Source: Sphaerobacterales bacterium (GTDB taxonomy: Bacteria; Chloroflexota; Chloroflexia; Thermomicrobiales; UBA6265). From it: a DNA stretch of 37,913 nt. The stretch covers positions 1 through 37,913 of the forward strand of contig JBEIRG010000002.1 in the NCBI GenBank assembly GCA_040376155.1. The letters are read 5' to 3'. This document shows, piece after piece, positions 18,621 through 27,309 of the stretch. The first letter of the stretch is position 1, and each line of letters begins with the position of its first letter. The notes beneath the pieces were generated by a model, which worked only from the letters and a program-made list of their open reading frames with translations, was not told where the DNA came from and ran no database searches. The position numbers and the translations under genes were made by a program.

Positions 18621-20138
18621 TTGAACCCCATCGAGCGAGAGATCGACCAATCGGGCGGCGTTGCCGGGTCGACGACCGAATCCGACGGTTCCTCACCGGA
18701 GGACCAGTCCCCGGGTGGAACGGTCGAGTCCGGCCGATTCTGGCGATGGCTGTTTTTCGGCTCGATCGTGGCGCTGGCGGTGGTGCTGGCCTTCGGCGCG
18801 GGGATGATCGCCGAGCGGGTGCTCTTTGCCGGCGGGGGGCTCTTCGACCGCGCGCGCGCGTCCGGAGGGCTGACGACCGGTCAGCAACAACTGCCGGAGA
18901 GCGTCTACCCGCGCTATGCGGAGACCCGCGATCTGCTCGAAACCGAGTTTCTCTTCCGCCCGGACGGCGCGGAGGCGCAGGCTACCTTCGCGGCGCAACT
19001 GGACCAGGGCGCGATGGCAGGGGTGGCGGCAGCCGCGGCGACTCCGGTTGCGTCGTTCGAGGAGTTCCAGCGCAATCTCGACTACGGCGCCGTGCAGGGG
19101 ATGACCGGGACGCTCGAAGATCCGTACACAACCTTCCTCGCGCCGGTCGATCATGCGCCGCTGCAGGAGGAGCTGAGTGGCGAGTACGAGGGAATCGGCG
19201 TCTGGGTCGAGCATCCTGAAGGAACTTACACGATCGTCGCGCCGATTCCGGGGTCTCCGGCGGATGAAGCGGGCATTCGCCCGGGCGATGTGCTGCTGAA
19301 GGCCGACGGCAAGAACCTGACGGGCATCCCGGACGATGAGGCGCTGCGGCTGATTCGCGGGCCGGCAGGGACGTCGGTCGTCCTGACTATCCAGCGGAAG
19401 GGACGAGAAGAGCCGTTCGACCTCGAGGTGGCGCGACGCGCCATCACGGTGCCGACGGTAATGAGCACCCCGCAGGCCGATGGCCGGGTGGCATGGATTC
19501 AGGTGGGCATCTTCGGCGACAAGACCACCGCGCAACTCGATGAGGCGCTTGTGCAGGCAAAGAAGGACGGCGTCTCCGGCATCGTGCTCGACCTTCGAGG
19601 GAATGGCGGCGGCTGGGTGACGGCGGCACAGGAGATGATCGGACGGTTCGTCCCGGCCGATCGCGGCGCTGCGCTCTACGAGGACGCCACGATGTCGAAG
19701 GATGATGAGATGCGCGCCGAGCCGATCGTGGGCGGCGGCACGGAGATGTTCGACATTCCGCTGGCGGTGCTGGTGGATGGCGGGAGCGCGAGCGCGTCCG
19801 AGATCGTCTCCGGAGCGCTGCGGGACTATGACCGCGCGAGATTGGTCGGAGAGACGACTTTCGGCAAGGGCCTCGTGCAGCGGGTTCACGATTTCGACGA
19901 CGGCAGTTCCGCCCGGATCACCTTCGCGCGGTGGCTGACGCCCGAGAAGCTTCCGATCACTGAGGATGGGATCGTGCCGGATATCGTCGTCGCCTACCCG
20001 GACCCGCCCAACGGGACCGATCCGCAACTGGCGGCGGCGGTCGATCTGGTGCTGCAGGAGGCGGGATTGCCTGCCGCCACGCCGCCCGCGCCGGTTGCCA
20101 CGCCGGAGGATCTGCCGCAGGCGACGCCGGTTTCGTAG
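18621..20138 (+). CDS. S41 family C-terminal processing peptidase with PDZ domain and N-terminal membrane anchor
   Basis: PDZ (PGSPADEAGIRPGDVLLKADGKNL). S41 motifs DLRGNGGG, SASASEI, TFGKG. Proposed TTG start at 18621, 10 nt after GGAGG. The track ORF from 18444 overlaps the gdh 3' end. Confidence 0.8.
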   Translation: MNPIEREIDQSGGVAGSTTESDGSSPEDQSPGGTVESGRFWRWLFFGSIVALAVVLAFGAGMIAERVLFAGGGLFDRARASGGLTTGQQQLPESVYPRYAETRDLLETEFLFRPDGAEAQATFAAQLDQGAMAGVAAAAATPVASFEEFQRNLDYGAVQGMTGTLEDPYTTFLAPVDHAPLQEELSGEYEGIGVWVEHPEGTYTIVAPIPGSPADEAGIRPGDVLLKADGKNLTGIPDDEALRLIRGPAGTSVVLTIQRKGREEPFDLEVARRAITVPTVMSTPQADGRVAWIQVGIFGDKTTAQLDEALVQAKKDGVSGIVLDLRGNGGGWVTAAQEMIGRFVPADRGAALYEDATMSKDDEMRAEPIVGGGTEMFDIPLAVLVDGGSASASEIVSGALRDYDRARLVGETTFGKGLVQRVHDFDDGSSARITFARWLTPEKLPITEDGIVPDIVVAYPDPPNGTDPQLAAAVDLVLQEAGLPAATPPAPVATPEDLPQATPVS

Positions 20139-20162
20139 CCTTCGCCGCTCCCCGGATCGCGA

Positions 20163-20181
20163 TTTAACAATTCCTCTAACA
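20163..20181 (+). promoter_or_regulatory. Candidate Pho-box-like direct repeat in an AT-rich patch upstream of the response-regulator/pst operon
   Basis: TTTAACA (20163-20169) and TCTAACA (20175-20181) are direct repeats with a 12-nt period, resembling TT[ATC]ACA PhoP/PhoB half-sites. TAcccT at 20201-20206 could be a -10 box. Confidence 0.3.
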
Positions 20182-20212
20182 TTTGCTGGCCGCGAACCAG
20201 TACCCTGCGGGC

Positions 20213-21007
20213 ATGGAGATGGAGCGATCCGGCAGCCAGCCGTCCCAGATCAAGATGGAGCGCAGGCAACCGACGGAGGGTAGCCCGGTTGTGCTCGTCG
20301 TCGAGGATGACCCAGTGCTCCGGAGCACGCTCTCCTGGAACCTCGGCCGGGACGGGTATGCGGTGTTGACAGCCGCGGATGGGCCACGTGGCCTCGAGCT
20401 CGCGCGGAGGGAGCCCGGCGAGGTCAGCATCGTGTTGCTCGATGTCATGCTTCCCGGACTGAACGGCTTCCAGGTGTTGCGGGAGTTGCGCCGGTCCTCG
20501 CAGGTCCCTGTGCTCATGCTGACGGCGCGCGGCGGCGAACAGGACCGCATCGATGGTCTTGAACTCGGCGCTGACGATTACATCGTGAAACCCTTCGTGA
20601 TGCGGGAGTTGCTGGCGCGGGTCCGCGCCGCCATTCGCCGCTCTGGGCAGCCGTCCGTCAAGCCGCCGGTGATGATCAGCCGAGGCGATCTGACTATCGA
20701 ACTCGACCGCCAGCGGGCGACGGTGAATGGCACGGAACTCGCGCTGCGTCCGAAGGAGTTCGGCCTGTTGGCTGCGCTGGCCATGGAACCTGGCCGAGTG
20801 TTCAGCCGGACCGAGTTGCTGGATGCGATCTGGGGCGAGGAGGCGATCGTCGATGAGCGAACGGTGGACGTTCACATTTCGTGGTTGCGGGGAAAACTGA
20901 GCGACGCCGGACTGGGTTCGGGGACGATCAGAACCGCCTATGGCCGGGGTTACCGGTTTGCCCTCCCCGGCGACGCCCCGGATCCTCCGGTGGGCAGGCG
21001 AGCGTGA
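20213..21007 (+). CDS. OmpR/PhoB-family response regulator (REC + winged-helix), probable phosphate regulon regulator
   Basis: VVLVVEDDPVLRS, LLDVMLPGLNG, LMLTARG, ADDYIVKPF. C-terminal ...LRPKEFGLLAALA...VDVHISWLRGKL...IRTAYGRGYRF. The start is ambiguous (TTG 20183, ATG 20213/20219/20255). Immediately upstream of pstS. Confidence 0.85.
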   Translation: MEMERSGSQPSQIKMERRQPTEGSPVVLVVEDDPVLRSTLSWNLGRDGYAVLTAADGPRGLELARREPGEVSIVLLDVMLPGLNGFQVLRELRRSSQVPVLMLTARGGEQDRIDGLELGADDYIVKPFVMRELLARVRAAIRRSGQPSVKPPVMISRGDLTIELDRQRATVNGTELALRPKEFGLLAALAMEPGRVFSRTELLDAIWGEEAIVDERTVDVHISWLRGKLSDAGLGSGTIRTAYGRGYRFALPGDAPDPPVGRRA

Positions 21008-21068
21008 GTTGCGTGGTCGTTGACGGCTCCCGGGATCGGGCGGCCGAGCAGAGAGAGGAGATCGATCG

Positions 21069-22061
21069 ATGAATCTGACGGGTACGATGGTGAAGCGCGG
21101 AGCGACGAGCCTTGCGGTGGCGGCGATGGTCTGTGGCGGCATCTGGTCGCCGGCCTTCGCACAGGACGCGGATCTCTCCAAGCTTACCGGCGAGATCGTC
21201 GCCGATGGCTCCTCCACGGTTGGCCCGATTACGCAGGCCGTCGCCGAGGAGTTCAATGGTGCTGCTCCCGACGTCAAGATCAGCGTGGATATCTCCGGAA
21301 CCGGCGGCGGATTCGAGCGGTTCTGCAAGGGTGAGACCGACATTCAGGACGCTTCGCGCCTGATCAAGGACGCTGAGGCTACGGCCTGCGCCGATGCGGG
21401 TGTTGAGTACCTCGAGTTCGAGGTGGCCTACGACGGCCTCACCGTGGTCGTCAACGAGAACAACACGACGGTGACCTGCCTCGACATGGCCACCCTGAAA
21501 CTCCTCTGGCAGAAGGAAAATCCGGCCATGACCTGGGCGGATCTGAACGCCGAATGGCCCGCGGAGACCATCTCGCTCTACGGCCCGGGCACCGACAGCG
21601 GCACGTTTGACTACTTCGTCGAGACGGTGCTGGGCAAGGACGGGGAAATCCGGGAGGACTTCACCCCATCCGAGGATGACAACGTGCTGGTCGAGGGCGT
21701 GGCCAACGACGAGAACGCGCTGGCGTACTTTGGGCATGCCTACTTCGAGGAGAATCAGGATCTCCTGAACGCGGTCGCGATCGACGGCGGGAACGGCTGC
21801 GTGGAGCCGACCACCGAGGGAATTCAGGACGGCACCTACGCGCCGCTGAGCCGGCCGCTCTACGTCTATGTCAAGGAAGAGAGCCTGGCGCGGCCGGAAG
21901 TGCAGGAGTTCATGAAGTTCTACATCGCGAACGCGCCGGAGCTCGCTCCGGAGGTCGGGTTCGTGGCATCGCCGGATGAGGCGTATGTTGCGGACGCGGC
22001 GGAACTCGAGGCTGCACTGGGCGGCGCACCGGCCGAGGCGGCGGCGACCCCGGCCTCCTGA
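21069..22061 (+). CDS. pstS: Phosphate ABC transporter substrate-binding protein
   Basis: Signal peptide ending AFAQD. DGSSTVGPI and GTGGGFERF motifs of the PstS/PBP-like-2 family. GGAG SD 8 nt upstream. Confidence 0.85.
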   Translation: MNLTGTMVKRGATSLAVAAMVCGGIWSPAFAQDADLSKLTGEIVADGSSTVGPITQAVAEEFNGAAPDVKISVDISGTGGGFERFCKGETDIQDASRLIKDAEATACADAGVEYLEFEVAYDGLTVVVNENNTTVTCLDMATLKLLWQKENPAMTWADLNAEWPAETISLYGPGTDSGTFDYFVETVLGKDGEIREDFTPSEDDNVLVEGVANDENALAYFGHAYFEENQDLLNAVAIDGGNGCVEPTTEGIQDGTYAPLSRPLYVYVKEESLARPEVQEFMKFYIANAPELAPEVGFVASPDEAYVADAAELEAALGGAPAEAAATPAS

Positions 22062-22075
22062 CCCGGAGACCATGC

Positions 22076-22109
22076 GGAACCGGCAGCGGCAGGTGCCGCG
22101 GCCGGTTCC
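22076..22109 (+). promoter_or_regulatory. Intercistronic stem-loop between pstS and pstC
   Basis: ggaaccggc-a-gcggc aggt gccgc-g-gccggttcc: 9 + 5 bp around one A/G mismatch, 15 nt after the pstS stop. No T-tract. Confidence 0.5.
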
Positions 22110-22148
22110 ACCTGATCCGCACGGCGGATCGTGAAGGAGAACGCCCGG

Positions 22149-23090
22149 GTGGCGAGCAATCCTCTGGCATCGGACGGTTCGTCCGATCTCGACCTGAGCG
22201 GACAGGTGGCGCATGGGATCGGCGAGCGCGTCATCGGCGCGCTCCTGTTTGCATGTGGCATGGTGTCGATCCTGACCACGGTCGGGATCATCGTCATTCT
22301 CGCGGAGCAGGCGTTCGAGTTTTTCCGGCAGGTGCCGCTGCCGTCGTTCCTGTTCGGGACGTCGTGGACGGCGCTGTTCAAGACCCCCGCGTATGGGGTG
22401 TTGCCGCTGGTCGCGGGGACCCTCTGGATCACGCTTATCGCCCTGCTGGTTGCCCTGCCGCTCGGGCTGTTGAGCGCGATGTATCTGAGCGAGTACGCCA
22501 GCCCGCGGGCGCGGAACATCATCAAGCCTTCGCTGGAACTGCTGGCCGGGGTGCCGACGATCGTCTACGGCTTCTTTGCGGTGACGTTCATTCGGCCAGA
22601 GATCCTCAAGCCTCTCTTCCCGAAGATCGGGCCGTTCAGCGCGTTGGCGGCGGGTATCGCGGTTGGCATCATGATCATTCCGCTGGTTGCGTCCCTGAGT
22701 GAGGATGCCCTGCGATCGGTGCCTCGCTCCCTGCGCGAGGGGGGGTTGGCGATGGGCGCAACCCGGTCCGAGGTGTCGTGGCAGGTTGTGGCGCCGTCCG
22801 CGTTGTCGGGGATCGTGGCATCGTTCATTCTCGCGGCGTCCCGGGCGATTGGTGAAACGATGATCGTGGCGCTCGCGGCCGGGTCGAAGGCGCAGCTTTC
22901 GGGCAACCCCCTCGAACCGATGCAGACCATGACCGGGTTCATCGTGCAGGTCTTCTCCGGGGACGTCGTCGCCGGATCGACTCCCTATCTCTCGCTCTTC
23001 GCGGTCGGACTGCTGCTGTTCCTGATGACGCTGGGGTTGAACATCTTCAGCCAGTGGGTGGTGTCCCGGTTCCGGGAGGTGTACGAATGA
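22149..23090 (+). CDS. pstC: Phosphate ABC transporter permease PstC
   Basis: Six-TM permease with an EAA-type loop ([27 protein letters not shown]). GTG 22149 lies 9 nt after AAGGAG; the track start GTG 22131 is the alternative. Confidence 0.85.
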   Translation: MASNPLASDGSSDLDLSGQVAHGIGERVIGALLFACGMVSILTTVGIIVILAEQAFEFFRQVPLPSFLFGTSWTALFKTPAYGVLPLVAGTLWITLIALLVALPLGLLSAMYLSEYASPRARNIIKPSLELLAGVPTIVYGFFAVTFIRPEILKPLFPKIGPFSALAAGIAVGIMIIPLVASLSEDALRSVPRSLREGGLAMGATRSEVSWQVVAPSALSGIVASFILAASRAIGETMIVALAAGSKAQLSGNPLEPMQTMTGFIVQVFSGDVVAGSTPYLSLFAVGLLLFLMTLGLNIFSQWVVSRFREVYE

Positions 23091-23998
23091 GCGCGCAGGT
23101 GCTGTCGAGATCGGCCGAGTCGCGCAACGAAACGCTGGACGCGGGAAACCTGCCCGGACGGCAACGGCGATCGCGCGTCATGACCGGGGTGCTCATCGCC
23201 GCGACCGGGATTGCCGTGCTGGCGCTGATCGCACTGCTTGCATCGATCTTCAAGGATGCGCTTCCCTGGCTGCGGCCGGATCTGCTGACCAACATGCCGT
23301 CCCGGAAGGCGGAAAAGGCGGGGCTGTACCCGGCGTTGATCGGGAGTCTCTGGATCATCGGGTTTACGGCGCTGTTCGCCTTCCCGGTCGGGATCGGCGC
23401 GGCGATCTACCTCGAGGAGTATGCGCCAAGGAACCGCCTGACCCGGCTGCTGGAGGTGAACATCGCGAATCTTGCGGGCGTGCCGTCAGTGGTGTACGGG
23501 TTGCTCGGTCTCGGAGTCTTCGTAACCTGGCTGAACCTCGGCCGTTCGGTGCTGGCCGGGGCGCTGACCATGGCGCTGCTCATCCTGCCGGTGGTCATCA
23601 TCGCGAGCCGGGAGGCGATCCGGGCGGTGCCCCCATCGCTCCGCGAGGCGGCCTATGGCGTTGGCGCGACCAAGTGGCAGGTGACATCATCCCACGTGCT
23701 GCCGACGGCGATGCCGGGCATCCTGACCGGAATCATCCTCGCGACCTCCCGCGCGCTTGGCGAGACGGCTCCGCTGATCGTGGTGGGTGCGGCGGCCTAT
23801 GTGACGTTTCTGCCATCCGGGTGGCTCGACAAGTACACCGTGCTGCCGATGCAGATCTACGAGTGGTCGCGGCGTCCGCAGGATGAGTTCCAGGGATTGG
23901 CGGCGGCCGGGATCGTGGTCCTGCTGGCATTGTTGCTCGCGCTGAATGCAGTGGCGATCTGGCTTCGGGCCCGCTCGGCGCGCAAGGTGAGGTGGTAG
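23087..23998 (+). CDS. pstA: Phosphate ABC transporter permease PstA
   Basis: ATG 23087 overlaps the pstC TGA (ATGA), with GGGAGG 7 nt upstream. Permease loop [26 protein letters not shown]. Confidence 0.85.
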   Translation: MSAQVLSRSAESRNETLDAGNLPGRQRRSRVMTGVLIAATGIAVLALIALLASIFKDALPWLRPDLLTNMPSRKAEKAGLYPALIGSLWIIGFTALFAFPVGIGAAIYLEEYAPRNRLTRLLEVNIANLAGVPSVVYGLLGLGVFVTWLNLGRSVLAGALTMALLILPVVIIASREAIRAVPPSLREAAYGVGATKWQVTSSHVLPTAMPGILTGIILATSRALGETAPLIVVGAAAYVTFLPSGWLDKYTVLPMQIYEWSRRPQDEFQGLAAAGIVVLLALLLALNAVAIWLRARSARKVRW

Positions 23999-24859
23999 AT
24001 GAGCCTGACGACGGAACGAGCCGGGATCGATCAGATCACCGGCAACGCGCGCGATGCGATCGGCGCAGGCGTCCTGCCGGAGCCTGGAACCGACCGGAAC
24101 GTGGTGATTTCGCTGCGCGACCTGAACGTCCACTATGGGCGATTCCATGCGGTGGGAGATGTGAATCTCGATATCCCGCGAAACCGCATCACGGCCTTCA
24201 TCGGACCCTCCGGCTGCGGGAAGAGCACGGTGTTGCGGTCGATCAACCGGATGAACGACCTGGTGCCGACGGCAAAGGTCGATGGGACGATCTGGTACCA
24301 CGACCGGAACATCAACGGACGGGACATCGACCCGGTGATGGTGCGGCGACGGATCGGGATGGTGTTCCAGAAGCCGAACCCGTTCCCGAAGTCGATCGCC
24401 GAGAATATCCTGTGGGGCGCGAAGATCAATGGCTTCACCGGCAACAAGGCGGAGCTCGTGGAGTCCTGCCTGCGTCGCGCCGCGCTGTGGGATGAGGTGA
24501 AGGACAAACTGGATGCGAGCGGTCTCGCATTGTCCGGCGGGCAGCAGCAGCGGTTGTGCATTGCGCGGGCGTTGGCGAACAATCCCGACGTGATCCTGAT
24601 GGATGAGCCCGCCTCGGCGCTCGACCCGATCTCCACGCTGAAGATCGAGGACCTGATGCGGGAGCTGGCGCGGAACTTCACGATCGTGATCGTGACCCAC
24701 AATATGCAGCAGGCGGCGCGCGTCTCCGATCAGACCTGCTTCTTCTCGTTGAACGAGCAGCGTATGGGGTTCATGGTCGAGGCGTCGCCGACGACGGAGT
24801 TGTTCACCAATCCGAAGGACCGGCGCACCGAGGACTACATTACCGGCCGCTTCGGCTAG
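23999..24859 (+). CDS. pstB: Phosphate ABC transporter ATP-binding protein PstB
   Basis: Walker [10 protein letters not shown], signature LSGGQQQRL, Walker [13 protein letters not shown]. Starts immediately after the pstA TAG. Confidence 0.9.
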   Translation: MSLTTERAGIDQITGNARDAIGAGVLPEPGTDRNVVISLRDLNVHYGRFHAVGDVNLDIPRNRITAFIGPSGCGKSTVLRSINRMNDLVPTAKVDGTIWYHDRNINGRDIDPVMVRRRIGMVFQKPNPFPKSIAENILWGAKINGFTGNKAELVESCLRRAALWDEVKDKLDASGLALSGGQQQRLCIARALANNPDVILMDEPASALDPISTLKIEDLMRELARNFTIVIVTHNMQQAARVSDQTCFFSLNEQRMGFMVEASPTTELFTNPKDRRTEDYITGRFG

Positions 24860-24884
24860 CCACCTTCCCGGGAAAGGGCACCAC

Positions 24885-25550
24885 ATGACACGAACCGATT
24901 ACATCCACCAGATCGAGCTGCTCCGCGGATCGGTGGTTGCCATGTCCAGCATGGTGGACAAGTCGATCGAGCGGGCGATGGATGCGCTCCGGCGGCAGGA
25001 TTCCGCGCTGGCGCAGACCGTCGTCGCCGGTGACACCGCGATCAACGAAAACCGGTGGAAGATCGAAGAGCAGGCGCTGACGATCATCGCCACGCAGGCC
25101 CCGATGGCGAGTGATCTGCGGCAGATCCTCTCCGCGATCAGCATTGTGACCGACATGGAGCGGATGGCGGACCATGCGGCTGGCATCGGGAAGATCGTGA
25201 TCCAGACCGCCAGCGAGCCGCCGCTGAAGCCGCTGGTGGATTTGCCGCGGATGAGCGACATCGCGCGGGAAATGCTTTCTGGGGCGATTGGCGCGTACAT
25301 CGCCAACGACCCGGACGCCGCCCGCGCCGTGGCCGAGCGGGACGACGATCTGGACGATCTCTACAACCAGATCTACCGGGAGCTGTTGACCTACATGATG
25401 GCGGACCCGGCGACGATCAACCGCGCCACCCACCTGCTCTGGGTGGCGCACAACATCGAGCGCATCGGCGACCGGGTGACCAATATCTGCGAGCGGGTCG
25501 TTTTCTCGGTCACGGGGGATATGCGCGAGAGCTCGGTGTCGATGCGGTAG
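24885..25550 (+). CDS. phoU: Phosphate signalling complex protein PhoU
   Basis: 221 aa with two PhoU repeats (DLRQILSAISIVTDMERMADHA; THLLWVAHNIERIGDRVTNICE). Confidence 0.9.
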   Translation: MTRTDYIHQIELLRGSVVAMSSMVDKSIERAMDALRRQDSALAQTVVAGDTAINENRWKIEEQALTIIATQAPMASDLRQILSAISIVTDMERMADHAAGIGKIVIQTASEPPLKPLVDLPRMSDIAREMLSGAIGAYIANDPDAARAVAERDDDLDDLYNQIYRELLTYMMADPATINRATHLLWVAHNIERIGDRVTNICERVVFSVTGDMRESSVSMR

Positions 25551-25577
25551 CAGCCCGGACGGGCGCCGCGAATCGAA

Positions 25578-25612
25578 ACGGCCGGTCCAATCCGGACCGG
25601 CCGTCGTTCGTT
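25578..25612 (+). terminator. Candidate intrinsic terminator after phoU (between convergent genes)
   Basis: Perfect 11-bp stem acggccggtcc/ggaccggccgt with a 5-nt loop (25578-25604), followed by cgTTcgTT. Confidence 0.5.
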
Positions 25613-25627
25613 CCTCCGCGAGACCCG

Positions 25628-26644
25628 TCAGTGACGGATTGACCTGCCGGACGAAAGGGCGATCATGGCTGTGGCGATGCCAGCGATCAGGCCGAGGGTA
25701 GGGAGCAGGGGAATTCGCGAACCCGATCCGGTTGCAGGAACCGCGCTGATGTAGGGTGACTGCCGCGGCAGCGAGGAGCAGGCGTAGGCGTCTCCGTTGG
25801 GGTCGAGGTTGTACGGGTCGGTCGGATCCTGATCGAACATGGCCTGGGCCTCTTCCTGATAGGTGAAATCAACGCAGTCGAGATCCTGCGGAGGGACGTC
25901 GGCAGCGCCGCCCGTAGCCGTGGCTGGCTGATCTGTCGGGACGGCGTCCTCGCCCTTTTTCCGATCCTTCTTTCCGCCCTTGTCGCCGCCGGAGAGTTCC
26001 TCGGATTCGCAGGCGATGCCGTCGCCGTCGGGGTCGATGACCGCGGCGTCGGCAGTTCCGGCCTGGAGGGCGGCCTGTGCTTCCTCCTGGGTGACAGAGT
26101 CACAGGTGATGATGACCTCGTCCCTGTTCTTGCGGTCCTTTTTCCCGGCGTCCTGGGCGGCCTGGTCATCGACTGGTGGTTCAGCCTGCGGGTCTGCGGG
26201 CTGATCGACGGCAAGATCGGCCGCTGACGGAAGGAGCGCGCAGGCGATGCCGTCGCCGTTCGGATCGAGGTTGTGAGGATCGTTGGGCTCCGCGTCGAGA
26301 GCGGCCTGGGCTTCCTCGCGGGTGGTGAAGTCGATGCAGTCGAGATCGTCGGTAGGGTCGCCGCCGTCGGCGACCGGCGTTGCTGCCGGGTCGCTTGCCG
26401 TGGCGGGGTCCTCTGTTGCCGCGTCAGCTTTCTTCCGGTCCTTCTTGCTGGCTTTGGCGCTTCCGGCGTCCTGCTCCGCGCCCGCTTCCGGGGTGGCTTT
26501 CCTGGCGAAGGCGATGTTGGCGCTCCCTTCCGCCGCGGGTGCGCCGGGCAGTCCGGCAAGCGCCAGCCACACGATGACGAGGAGTGCCGCGAGGGCCGGA
26601 AACATCCTGCGGAGCGGCGGTGGCAGAGGTGAGAACGCGTTCAT
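25628..26644 (-). CDS. Secreted acidic protein with three Excalibur-type calcium-binding domains and a C-terminal sorting-signal-like tail
   Basis: Signal peptide (FPALAALLVIVWLALAGLPGAPAAEG). Three copies of the C..F....EAQA......DP..LD[PG][ND]GD..AC pattern (DCIDFTTREEAQAALDAEPNDPHNLDPNGDGIACA; TCDSVTQEEAQAALQAGTADAAVIDPDGDGIACES; DCVDFTYQEEAQAMFDQDPTDPYNLDPNGDAYACSS). C-terminus VPATG + hydrophobic stretch + RSIRH. Confidence 0.7.
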   Translation of the reverse strand: MNAFSPLPPPLRRMFPALAALLVIVWLALAGLPGAPAAEGSANIAFARKATPEAGAEQDAGSAKASKKDRKKADAATEDPATASDPAATPVADGGDPTDDLDCIDFTTREEAQAALDAEPNDPHNLDPNGDGIACALLPSAADLAVDQPADPQAEPPVDDQAAQDAGKKDRKNRDEVIITCDSVTQEEAQAALQAGTADAAVIDPDGDGIACESEELSGGDKGGKKDRKKGEDAVPTDQPATATGGAADVPPQDLDCVDFTYQEEAQAMFDQDPTDPYNLDPNGDAYACSSLPRQSPYISAVPATGSGSRIPLLPTLGLIAGIATAMIALSSGRSIRH

Positions 26645-26777
26645 GCAATCCCCAGCGAGCGCCGAGTGGCCATGGGGCTACCCGGATGAGTAGTGGTTCG
26701 GCTTGTCGGGAGCGCGGGCGACTGCGGATTGCCCGAACCCGTCGCGGGGCGGCACGCCCGTGACTGCGTGGAACATG

Positions 26778-26786
26778 AGTATATCA
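26778..26786 (-). promoter_or_regulatory. Candidate extended -10 promoter element for the Excalibur-domain gene
   Basis: The minus strand reads TGaTATACT in a locally AT-rich patch directly after the receiver-gene stop. No convincing -35 box. Confidence 0.25.
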
Positions 26787-26791
26787 GCACG

Positions 26792-27265
26792 TCAATTTGC
26801 CACCTTTCCGGCGAGGTTGGCGGCATCGGCCCAGGGGCGGTCGGGGTGGGCATCCCGCCAGGTCAACACGGCGTCGAGGAGGTGCGGGGCGAGGTCCTCA
26901 AGGTCGATTGGCGCCGTGATGAGGTCATCTGCGCCGGCCGCGCGTGCGGCGTCGGTCGTCATCTCGTCGATGCTGCCGGCGACGAGGACGATCGGGATGT
27001 CGGCGCGTGGTGAATCCGGCGCGCGGTCGGACGTCCCGCGGAGGCGATGTAGCGTTTCGAGGGCGCCGGGGCCACCGAGCGCGGCGTCGAGGAGGACAAG
27101 ATCGAACGTGCGCAACCGGAAGACCTCGAGGGCCTGGAAGGCGCTGGCGATGGCGCTGGTCCAGAATCCGGTCATGATGAGCCCCTCGGCGAGGAAGCCG
27201 GAGAGACCGGGGTCGTCGCTGACAACGAGGATGTGGGGCCGTACAGTCGGTTGGCGCTTGGTCAT
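26792..27265 (-). CDS. Single-domain response-regulator receiver (CheY-like) protein, atypical
   Basis: 157 aa. ILVVSDD (acidic pair) and DLVLLD (phospho-acceptor Asp) are present. The positions normally T/S and K (LTA ... KP) read LVAG ... ITAP. Confidence 0.6.
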   Translation of the reverse strand: MTKRQPTVRPHILVVSDDPGLSGFLAEGLIMTGFWTSAIASAFQALEVFRLRTFDLVLLDAALGGPGALETLHRLRGTSDRAPDSPRADIPIVLVAGSIDEMTTDAARAAGADDLITAPIDLEDLAPHLLDAVLTWRDAHPDRPWADAANLAGKVAN

Positions 27266-27309
27266 CGTGCTCCCCGGAAGGAATGAGCTCGGGGCGGTAG
27301 GCGGTCAGT

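Noticed and set aside
17042-18631. 529-aa minus-strand ORF
   Set aside because: Antisense shadow of the glutamate dehydrogenase gene. No motifs, very Arg/His/Pro-rich.
18693-21343. Minus-strand ORFs of 444 and 449 aa (18693-20027, 19994-21343)
   Set aside because: Antisense to the S41 protease and response-regulator/pstS genes. Low-complexity Arg/Pro/Ser-rich products.
23687-24886. 399-aa minus-strand ORF
   Set aside because: Antisense to pstA/pstB, which contains Walker A/B and ABC signature motifs.
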